Source: an uncultured delta proteobacterium
Lineage (GTDB): Bacteria > Desulfobacterota > Binatia > UBA9968
Direction: 5' to 3'
NCBI GenBank assembly: GCA_963816145.1
Contig: CAWFJP010000031.1
Span: forward strand, 384,001-448,000
DNA length: 64,000 nt
In this document: piece after piece, positions 55,856-64,000 of the stretch
Numbering within the stretch: position 1 is the stretch's first letter
Layout of the letters: each line of letters begins with the position of its first letter
Position numbers and translations under genes: made by a program
Notes under the pieces: model-generated
Database searches by the model: none
Told to the model about the DNA's origin: nothing
The model's input: only the letters and a program-made list of their open reading frames with translations

Positions 55856-56869
55856 CTACGGCAATTTGTAGCCCAATTCTTTTGCGACTTCCGTTGCCGG
55901 ACGGTCGTCGGCGACTTCGGCGAAACTTACTTTGCGGTCGGTGAAGCGGCCCTGCGCTTGGAGCGAGCGCACCAGGTTGTCGATGCCGGCGCGATTGGGA
56001 ATCCCGGTCGGATTCAACGTCGTCTGGAAAGCGTCGTAGGTGTCGGCGGCGCCCTGACTGTCCATTTTCAAAAGCCGCATAATTAACTCGACGGTCTTGG
56101 GTTTGGACTTGCGCACTTCGTCTTTGGCGACCTGCAGCGCGCGAATGACACGCCGGACTTCTGCGGGCCGCTCTTGCACGGTTTTTACCATCGCCGTCAG
56201 ACCTCCGCCGGGCATCTCGACCATGGCGCCGACATCCATGAGTTTGTTAAAGCCCTTTTTGGCCGCGGCGAAAATATGCGGCGGCGACATCAGCGCGGCT
56301 TCGACGAAGCCGGATTCGAGAGAATAGAGAATCTGCAATTGCTGGCCGGGGATGGCGACCATCGTATAATCTCTCGGGTTGGCGCCCGACTTCTCCAGCG
56401 CGATCATCAAGGCGACATGGTTGGTGCCGCCGACGCCGCCGGAGAGGGCGATCTTTTTGCCTTTGAGATCTTGCAGCGTCTTGTACTGCGGCGCGGCCTG
56501 AATCCAGTAGGAGATCCGATCCGACGAAAACCAGATCGCTCGCGACTGCAACCCCGTGAGGGTGGCGGCCACCGATGCCGGGCCGACGCCGGCAACGTAA
56601 TCGATATCGCCCTGAGCCATCGCCGCGGCGCCGATGGGCGGGCTCATGACGATGATTTCGACATCGAGACCATTGGCACTGAAAGTTCCCCAGTCGCGGG
56701 CGGCTAGGAGCGGCAGGGCGGTGATCGTCAGGCCGGCGTTGGAGATTCTTACCTTGGCGCGCTTTTCCTGACTCGATGCGATGGACGCACCGAGAAAGAT
56801 TAGTAATAGTGCGGCGCAAATTGGCCAAACCGATCGGCGGGGCGTTGTGGATTTATAAAATTGACTCAT
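55856..56869 (-). CDS. ABC transporter substrate-binding protein (NMT1/SsuA-like)
   Basis: Paralogue of 53159-54151: KVRISN, MPGGGL, ADDRPATEVAKELGY. Confidence 0.88.
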   Translation of the reverse strand: MSQFYKSTTPRRSVWPICAALLLIFLGASIASSQEKRAKVRISNAGLTITALPLLAARDWGTFSANGLDVEIIVMSPPIGAAAMAQGDIDYVAGVGPASVAATLTGLQSRAIWFSSDRISYWIQAAPQYKTLQDLKGKKIALSGGVGGTNHVALMIALEKSGANPRDYTMVAIPGQQLQILYSLESGFVEAALMSPPHIFAAAKKGFNKLMDVGAMVEMPGGGLTAMVKTVQERPAEVRRVIRALQVAKDEVRKSKPKTVELIMRLLKMDSQGAADTYDAFQTTLNPTGIPNRAGIDNLVRSLQAQGRFTDRKVSFAEVADDRPATEVAKELGYKLP

Positions 56870-56960
56870 TGAATGTCCTTCGCGCTCCGCCCTCGATGTT
56901 TGCCCTCACCCTAGCCCTCTCCCACTTCCTGGGCGAGGGAAAAGATTTCGGGCGTTTGAA

Positions 56961-57953
56961 TCATGGGATTTTGTAGCCCATCTCTTTGGCTACTTCGATC
57001 GCGAGGCGGTCGTCGGCGATGTCTGTGAACGCCACTTTCTTGTCGAGGTGTCGTCCTTGGGATTGCACCGACTTCACCAAGATATCCATGCCGATGCGCG
57101 TGGGTATGCCAGTGGGGCTCAACGTCGTGAGAAACTGATCGTAAGTGTCGCTGGCAGCTTCCCGATCCATGCGCAACAGCTTGACGATCAAGTCCAAGCT
57201 TTTCTGTTTGGATTTGCGAATCTCGTCCTTGGCCGTCTGCAGCGAGCGAATCACCCGTTTGGTGTCTGTCGGCCGCTCTTGAATGGTCTTGGCCAAAGTG
57301 GTGAGACCGCCGCCGGGCATTTCCACCAGGGCGCCGACGTCAAGGACTTTACTAAAACCTTTTTTCTGCGCGCCCAAAGTCACCGGCGGCGACAACACCG
57401 CGGCATCGACATAGCCGGACTCCAGGGAAATCAGTTGTTGAATCTGTTGGCCGGCGATGGAGACCAATACATAGTCCTTGGGATTGGCGCCGACTTTTTC
57501 CAACGCCATGTTAAAGGCGACATGCACTGTGCCGCCAAGACCCGTAACCGCAACCTTTTTCCCCTTGAGACTTTCGACGGTTTTGAACTGCGGCTTGGCC
57601 ATCAGCCAGTAGGAGATGCGCTCGGTGGAAAACCAGATGGCGCGGGTGGCGAAGCCGCTCATGGTCGCGTTGACCGACGCCGGGCCGACACCGGCTTGAT
57701 AGTCGATGTCGCCCTGGGTGAGCGCGGCCGGCACCAATGCCGACTGCATCAATATGACTTCCATATCCAGGTTGTTGGCGTTGAAGATGCCCCACTCCTT
57801 CGCGGCCAACAGCGGCAGTGCCGTGATCGTAAAGCCGGCGTTGGTGATGCGCAATTTACGCCGCTCCTGGCTCGCTCCATTACTCGCTAGGAGTACCGTT
57901 ACGCAGAGACTTATGGTCAGCTGTAAAATTGGCTTTCGCATGGTGATTTTCAT
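56961..57953 (-). CDS. ABC transporter substrate-binding protein (NMT1/SsuA-like)
   Basis: Third paralogue: KLRITN, MPGGGL, ADDRLAIEVAKEMGY. Start uncertain. Confidence 0.88.
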   Translation of the reverse strand: MKITMRKPILQLTISLCVTVLLASNGASQERRKLRITNAGFTITALPLLAAKEWGIFNANNLDMEVILMQSALVPAALTQGDIDYQAGVGPASVNATMSGFATRAIWFSTERISYWLMAKPQFKTVESLKGKKVAVTGLGGTVHVAFNMALEKVGANPKDYVLVSIAGQQIQQLISLESGYVDAAVLSPPVTLGAQKKGFSKVLDVGALVEMPGGGLTTLAKTIQERPTDTKRVIRSLQTAKDEIRKSKQKSLDLIVKLLRMDREAASDTYDQFLTTLSPTGIPTRIGMDILVKSVQSQGRHLDKKVAFTDIADDRLAIEVAKEMGYKIP

Positions 57954-57978
57954 ATGGCGAGATGCGCTGAATTGCAAA

Positions 57979-59729
57979 TCACAGGGCGCGCGGGCCGATG
58001 CCGGAACGGTGAGCGACGTACCAATACAAGGCGATGATCGGCACGAGGATGCAGAGCATGACCGTCGTCAAGGCCGCGGCCTGGCCAAAGCCGCCGCTCA
58101 GCCAAATACTCCAAACGACAACCGGCAGCGTGGTGTTCTCGGCGCGCGACAGTAAGACGGCGAGGGTCAATTCGCGGTAGGTCAGCAGCGCGATCCACAA
58201 CCAGCCGTAAAGAATCGGCGGCGTCAGGATCGGCACCAAGATGCGCCAGACCACGCTCCAAGTGCTGCCGCCGGCGACATAGGCGGCTTCTTCGAGCTCG
58301 CGATGGATTTGAATCAGCGAGCTGTTCATCATGCGCGTGCCGTAGCTGATGCGCACGATGATGTAGAGCAGGAGCAAAAGCCAAATGGTGCCGTAGAGCG
58401 GAATGAAGCCGCGCAGGACGAACAGCGCAAGCAAGACCGCGCCGATGGCGAAAATGATATTGGGCACGGCGTGGGGCAGAAAGGCGAAGAAGTCGAAGAG
58501 GAAACGGCCGCGGATCCGCGAGCGCAACACCACCCAGGCAAAGACCAGACTGACGATCATGGTGATCGTCGGCGTCAAAAACATCAGGATCGAGGTGTTG
58601 CTGGCACCGCGCAGAGACCAGTTCCCAGGGCAGACCGACGTAATTTTGCAGCGACGTGCGGGCGAAGGCTTCCACCGATGGCATCTCGAAGTATTTGAGC
58701 AACGACGCCCAGAGCAGCATCGACAGCGGGATGAGCTTGCTCAAAACCAGATAGAGACCGACGAAGAGCCAGGCGAGCACAGCTCGGCTGCCGAGTTTGA
58801 CGAATTTAGGCTGATAACCCTTACCGGTGATGACTTCATATTGATGGCTGCGCCGCTGCACGCGCGAGTACCACCAGCCGAAAAACGCCGCCAGGATGAT
58901 GCCGATGATGCTGAAGGTCGCACTGGCGCCGTATTTCGGCAGCCCTTCCTGCGGGCTCACCATCAGGTACATATAGGTGCTGAAGGTGAAAATCCGATTG
59001 GACCAGCCGATGATCGCCGGCACGTCGAAGGCGGACAGCCCGACGGTAAATATATAGATCGCCGCCGCCAACACGCCCGGGCCAGATGAGCGGAATGGTC
59101 ACGGTTAAAATCATGCGCGCGGTGCCGGCGCCGCTGGCTTCGGCGGCTTCTTCGAGCTTCGGATCCATGGCGCGAAACGCGCCGGCGGTCATGATGAATG
59201 CCACCGGTGTGAGATTCAGTCCTTGCACCCAACCCATGCCGGTAATCGTGGTGATGCTGAGCGGCGCATCGATCAATCCGAAAGTGTCTTGTAAAAATTG
59301 ATTGACCACGCCGATCCGTGGATGAAGCAGAAACAGCCAACCCATCGCCACCGCGAACCCGGGGATGAGCAGCCCGATGGTCATGAAGGTCAGCAGGACT
59401 GTCTTGCCGGGGAAGTCGGTGCGCTCCACCAGCCACGCCGTCGGTAGGCCGAAGAAAAAGGAAATCACGAGGGCGACGAACGAAAAGCCGGCGGTGTTCC
59501 ACAGGACTTTATAGGTAAAAAGTTCGCCGAAGACGGTCGTGTAATTCTTCAGCGAGAAACGATTGACGGTGTCGAGCAGCGAGCCTTCGAAGAAACTTAG
59601 ATAAAAAACCACTGCCAACGGCGCGAGGATCAGCAGGCTGAAGAAGGTCGCGATGGCGACCATTACGATGGCCCAGGGGTCGGTCGCGCCGCGGTCGCTA
59701 CGCAAAAATGGGCAAGTGCGATTGAACAC
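57979..59729 (-). pseudogene. FbpB-like (Fe3+/thiamine-type) double-domain ABC permease, split by two +1 frameshifts that may be sequencing errors
   Basis: Pieces in ORFs 58836-59762 (AWLVERTD.PG, LEEAAEASGA), 57950-59074 (FDVPAIIG, YEVITGKGY) and 57979-58584 (ELEEAAYVAG). Shifts near 59078 and 58615. Confidence 0.85.
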
Positions 59730-59747
59730 GATCTGTTTCTTACAGGG

Positions 59748-59774
59748 GTAGGGGCGATTCATGAATCGCCCCTA
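59748..59774. repeat. GTAG-type REP palindrome
   Basis: GTAGGGGCGATTCATGAATCGCCCCTA is a perfect palindrome after the first G. Confidence 0.8.
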
Positions 59775-59798
59775 TGATGAATGCGGAAATAAAATGAC

Positions 59799-59825
59799 GA
59801 GATCCCTCGCGGTGCTCGGGATGAC
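59799..59825. repeat. AGATCCCTCG..CTCGGGATGAC repeat
   Basis: Near-identical to 60987-61013. Confidence 0.75.
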
Positions 59826-59839
59826 CACGCTTTGCGTGG

Positions 59840-60919
59840 TCACTTTTGACTGACGATCTTGACCATTTCCTCGGAGATTTTTTCGATCTCGGGATTGTTG
59901 GCGACCCATTCCAATGTTGGCACGAAGAATTTCACACCGCGTTTTTCCAGGGCTCTGACTTTTTCACCGAGATGCGACTCGGGGAAGTGATACAAGTCCG
60001 AGAAATCGCTTTCCCAGAGCAGCTTCTGCGCTTCCTTGGTCATCATGAACGTGGTGAACAATTTGGCGGCGTTGGGATGCTCGGCGTTCTTGGGGATGCT
60101 CAAATAGAAATGACGCACCATGGCGGCGTCGCTGGGAATCACATGCTCGAGGGGCGCGCCCTGGGCTTGCAGTTCGAAGGTCCGGGCGCCGTTGCAGTCC
60201 ATGACTAGCGAGAGAAACTCGCCGGTGACGACTCGTTCCATCTCGTTGCAACGGATCAGGCCGGCGATCTGTTTGGAAAACTGCTTGACGTAGTCGAGTG
60301 CCGCTTCACGGCCCCAAAGCTCCTTGGCCGCCAGCAAGTTCAAGCCGGTGACGTAAGGCGTCGACGCGATCTTGCCTTTCCAGAAGGGTTTCAAGAAATC
60401 TTTTAAAGTCTTGGGTATTTCGTTCTTCGGCACGCGAGTTTTATTGTACGGCGTGCCCGGCAAGCCGGAGTAGACCCGCAGACTCTGACTATCGCCTTCG
60501 ACCATCTGCGCGGTGATGCGGCCAGGCAGCAGCTTGGTCCACTCGACCTCTTGGAAAATTTTGCGCTTGACCAGCGGGACGAGATAACTTTCCGAGCCGA
60601 TGTAGATATCGGTAACGGCGGTCTGCCCGGCAGCAAGCTCGGTGGCGATTTGGCTGCCCATCGCCGGCATCGACGGTCCCGGTGTAAAACCAATTTTTAC
60701 ATTGGTGCCGAACATCTTGTTCAGCGCCTGCTCGTAGAGCGCCATGCGCTTGGTACCGCCCAAAGTGCCTTCGCCCCAGCTGAACTTGAGTTTACCCTCT
60801 TTGTTGGCTTCTTGAATGACAGACTGGAGTGGCGGCGACCAAGGCGACTGGGCCGCGTGACCGGATGAATGCCATAGGACCGATAGGACGAATAGGACGG
60901 ATAGAGCAATTCTTTTCAT
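59840..60919 (-). CDS. Extracellular solute-binding protein (Fe3+/polyamine-type ABC SBP)
   Basis: Signal peptide, A.KEGKL, P.T..D.L.P.WKGKI, KNAEHPNAAKLF; SD AGGAG. Confidence 0.88.
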   Translation of the reverse strand: MKRIALSVLFVLSVLWHSSGHAAQSPWSPPLQSVIQEANKEGKLKFSWGEGTLGGTKRMALYEQALNKMFGTNVKIGFTPGPSMPAMGSQIATELAAGQTAVTDIYIGSESYLVPLVKRKIFQEVEWTKLLPGRITAQMVEGDSQSLRVYSGLPGTPYNKTRVPKNEIPKTLKDFLKPFWKGKIASTPYVTGLNLLAAKELWGREAALDYVKQFSKQIAGLIRCNEMERVVTGEFLSLVMDCNGARTFELQAQGAPLEHVIPSDAAMVRHFYLSIPKNAEHPNAAKLFTTFMMTKEAQKLLWESDFSDLYHFPESHLGEKVRALEKRGVKFFVPTLEWVANNPEIEKISEEMVKIVSQK

Positions 60920-60933
60920 ACTAGCTCCTGGAC

Positions 60934-61013
60934 TGTTATTTCGAGCCAAAGGCGAGAAATCTTTGCGTGCCAGTTAGTTGTCAGGCGAGATCCCTCGTTT
61001 CGCTCGGGATGAC
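60934..61013. repeat. Inverted pair of GTCATTTCG/AGATCCCTCG-type repeats
   Basis: TGTTATTTCGAGCCAAAGGCGAGAAATCT ... GAGATCCCTCGTTTCGCTCGGGATGAC. Confidence 0.7.
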
Positions 61014-61036
61014 CGCGTGCCTGCGCACGCACGCGG

Positions 61037-62113
61037 TCACTTTTGCGTCATGATCTTGACCATCTCTTCGGAAATCGTGTCGATCTCCGGATTGGCCGCG
61101 ACCCACTCCAGCGTCGGCACAAAAAACTTGACGCCTTGTTTCTGCGCGGCGCGGACTCTCTGTCCGATGCGCGATTCGGGAAATAAATACATGTCCGAGT
61201 AATCGCTGTCCCAGAGGTATTGCTGCGCTTCTTTGGTCAGCATAAAGGTCGTGAATAGCTTGGCGGCGTTGGGATGCTCGGCATTCTTCGGGATCGCCAG
61301 CATGCGATGGCGAAGCATGGCGCCGTCGGCCGCGATGACATGCTCCACCGGCGCGCCATGGGCTTGGGCTTCAAAAGTCTGCGATCCGGAACAATCCATG
61401 ACGAAGGCGAGAAATTCGCCGGAGGCGACGCGATCGATCTCGTTGCAGCGGATGAGTCCGGTGACTTGCTTGGACAGTTGCCGGACGTAGTCGAGCGCCG
61501 CTTCCTTGCCCCACATCTCTTTGGCCGCGAGTATGTTCAAGCTGGTCACGTAGGGGGTCGAAGCGATTTTGCCTTTCCAATACGGCTTGAGCATGTCTTT
61601 GAGGCTTTTCGGCACTTCATTCTTCGGTATGCGCTTGGTGTTGTAGGGAATCCCGGGAATGCCGGTGTAGACGCGCAGACTGGTGCGTTCACCCTCGACC
61701 ATTTCGGTGGTGATGCGACCGGGCAAATATTTGGGCCACTCGACTTCATGAAAGATCTTGCGTTTGACCAGCGGCGTCAGGTAACTGTCGGCGCCGATGT
61801 AAACGTCCGAAGCGGAGGATTGACCGGCGGCAAATTCAGCGGCGATCTGGCTGCCGACTTGCGGCATGGCGGCGCCGGGAGTGAAGCTGATTTTGATGTC
61901 GGTGCCGAACATCTTGTTCATCATCTGCTCGAACTTGGCGGCGCCTTTGGTGCCACCCAAGGTGCCTTCGCCCCAAAGCAGTTTGAGCTTGCCTTCTTTG
62001 CTCGCGTCCTTGATCACGCCGGACATGGCCGGCGACCATTGCGCCGCGGGTAAGCTCGATGATGTCCCTATCAATAGCGCGCAGCAAATTAGAATTTCCC
62101 AAAATCGCTTCAT
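61037..62113 (-). CDS. Extracellular solute-binding protein, tandem paralogue of 59840-60919
   Basis: Shares WGEGTLGGTK, WKGKIASTPYVT, LIRCNE, KNAEHPNAAKLF and ISEEMVKI; SD AGGAG. Confidence 0.88.
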   Translation of the reverse strand: MKRFWEILICCALLIGTSSSLPAAQWSPAMSGVIKDASKEGKLKLLWGEGTLGGTKGAAKFEQMMNKMFGTDIKISFTPGAAMPQVGSQIAAEFAAGQSSASDVYIGADSYLTPLVKRKIFHEVEWPKYLPGRITTEMVEGERTSLRVYTGIPGIPYNTKRIPKNEVPKSLKDMLKPYWKGKIASTPYVTSLNILAAKEMWGKEAALDYVRQLSKQVTGLIRCNEIDRVASGEFLAFVMDCSGSQTFEAQAHGAPVEHVIAADGAMLRHRMLAIPKNAEHPNAAKLFTTFMLTKEAQQYLWDSDYSDMYLFPESRIGQRVRAAQKQGVKFFVPTLEWVAANPEIDTISEEMVKIMTQK

Positions 62114-62371
62114 ATTTGCTCCTGATAAAACCAAGGTGGTCTATACCTGCCGGGCTTACCGTATGTCAATCAAAAGAAACCAGAAGGGCGCAGGTCGCAC
62201 GCATCCTCGGTAGATCGGATAGGCCGGCCATTTTGTCATTTCGAGCGGAGCGAGAAATCTTTCCGACATCGAACGAGCGCGCAAGAATCCGCTGCCGAAT
62301 GGATGGTTAGCTTGACAACTTTTTGGTTAATTGAAAGGATCGCAGAATTGCCGGGAGTAATACCGGCCGAC

Positions 62372-64000
62372 ATGAGCGAATTGGTTGTAATGAACGATTC
62401 CATCAAAGCTAAAATCGACCCGATCACTCTGGAAGTCATCCGCCATGGCATCATTTCGATCTGCGATCAGATCGACGCCAACATGACGCGCACGGCTTTC
62501 AGCCCCTATATTTACGAATACAAAGACTACGCCGTTGGCTTCGTCAGCGCCACCGGCGAACTCTTGGCCCAATCGACCGGCGGCATGCCGGTGTTTGTCG
62601 CCGACTCGGTCGGAATGGCTGTGCGTGACGGCTTGGAAGTCTACGGCCGGGAAAATATCCACAACGGGGATGTCATCGTCTGCAACCACGCCGCGGTGCA
62701 GGGGCAGCACCTGAACAACACCGTAATGTACACGCCGGTGTTCGCTGGCCACAAGGGCGACGATTTGATCGGCTTCTTTGCGGTCAACTGTCACTGGATC
62801 GATATCGGTGGCTCGGCCATCGGTTCGGTCTCCTATTCATTCGACGGATATTTTCATGGAAGGCTTGCAACTGCGCTCGATCAAGATCTGGTCCAGGGGC
62901 GAACCCATCGAAGAAGTTTTCCGCATCATCGAGAACAACACGCGCTTTCCCTTGGAACTCTTGGGCGATATCGAGGCCCAGCTCGGAGGCTGTCTCCTGG
63001 GCCGCGATCTGACCCAAGCAATGGGCGACAAATATGGCCCGGAAGTTTTTCTCGGCGGGCTGGCGGTGATCCTCGATCAATGCGAAGCGGCTACACGGGA
63101 AAAGATTCGCGCCATCCCTGACGGCATCTACCGGCACGATGCGTTTCTCGACAACGACGGAGTGCGCGACGAGAAGATCCCGATCCGCGTCAAAGTGCTC
63201 GTTGCGGGCGACGAAATGACCGTGGACTTTTCCGAGATGTCGGAGCAGGTGAAAGGCTGCGTCAACTCCGGTTTTTACGGCGGCGGCCGCACCTGCGTGC
63301 GGGTCGCGTTCAAATACTTGATCGCCACCGATGAACCGGCCAATGAAGGCACCTTTCGGCCGGTCAAAATGATTTTGCCTGAAGGCAAGCTGATCAGCGC
63401 CGAAGCGACGGCGGCGATGGGGCTGTACAGCATTCCTTTTCCCACCGTGATCGATTGCATCATCAAAGCCCTGGAGCCGGCGCTCCCCGAGCGCGTCACC
63501 GGCGCCCATTTCGGCACGTTTTCGTCGCTGAGCTTCGGCGGCCGGCGCATCGACACCGGAGCGTTTTTCAAGGCTAACGACAGCGGCCATGGCGGCTGGG
63601 GCGCCTGCGCCACCCACGACGGCGCCGGACCGTTTCGCACCATGGCCCATGGCGACACACGGCTGATTCCCATCGAGCTGCAGGAGTCTATGTATCCGAT
63701 TCGGGTCGAAGAGTTTCGTCTGCGCCAAGACTCCGGCGGCGCGGGCCGCTGGCGCGGCGGCTTGGGTTTCGAAAAGCAATATTTTCTGCTCGCGCCCTGC
63801 GAACTGTGGGCAAACTTCGATCGCATCGGGTGCCCGCCATGGGGCGTGCAAGGCGCGAAGGCGGGCAAATCTGGCCAAGTGCTGATCATCAAGAACGGTC
63901 AGCAAGAAGCCGAGCTGCTCTACAAAACCGAAAATTGTCCGGTGCAGGTCGGCGACCGCGTGCGCATGTCCACCGGCGGCGGCGGCGGTTACGGCGATCC
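62372..64000 (+). CDS. Hydantoinase B/5-oxoprolinase family protein, +1 frameshift near 62840, 3'-truncated by the window edge
   Basis: IDPITLEVI, RTAFSPYIYE..D, HLN, HW.DIGG. After removing one T: STDIFMEGLQL...DSGGAGRWRGGLG...TGGGGGYGD. Confidence 0.9.

Noticed and set aside
58600-59090. Programmed ribosomal frameshifting in the permease
   Set aside because: No canonical slippery heptamer or evident stimulatory structure, and the family is not known to be recoded; error is more parsimonious.

Overview
GC-rich bacterial chromosomal window with about 58 genes and no rRNA, tRNA, CRISPR array, integrase or transposase that I could recognise. It is dominated by solute-binding proteins (ten NMT1/SsuA-like, two TctC/Bug, two Fe3+/polyamine-type) interspersed with catabolic enzymes (LLM monooxygenases, amidohydrolases, AMDase/maleate-isomerase-like proteins, a gentisate-dioxygenase-like cupin, hydantoinase B). 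This gene style suggests an uncultured soil 'Deltaproteobacterium' such as Candidatus Binatia (inference only). Main observations: (1) A four-helix-bundle (23S-IVP/Avd-like) gene sits between a histidine kinase and its FixJ-type regulator, enclosed by inverted heptamer-repeat arms. Pairing of the arms would bring the kinase stop next to the regulator start, and an empty copy of the same arms lies about 700 bp away. (2) An ~8.1 kb integrase-free island is bounded by a 94-bp direct repeat that duplicates the 3' end of an SBP gene, with only synonymous differences in the coding part. (3) A 9.5 kb glycan operon encodes a GH-A/GT2 fusion, an ABC exporter, two GT-like paralogues, a ChbG/HpnK deacetylase, a NodS-like and a second methyltransferase. 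(4) A truncated rtcB precedes an intact rtcA. (5) Several families of intergenic hairpin repeats recur. Six apparent single-base (+1) frameshifts probably reflect read or consensus errors. All calls come from motif recognition by eye; no database searches were run.
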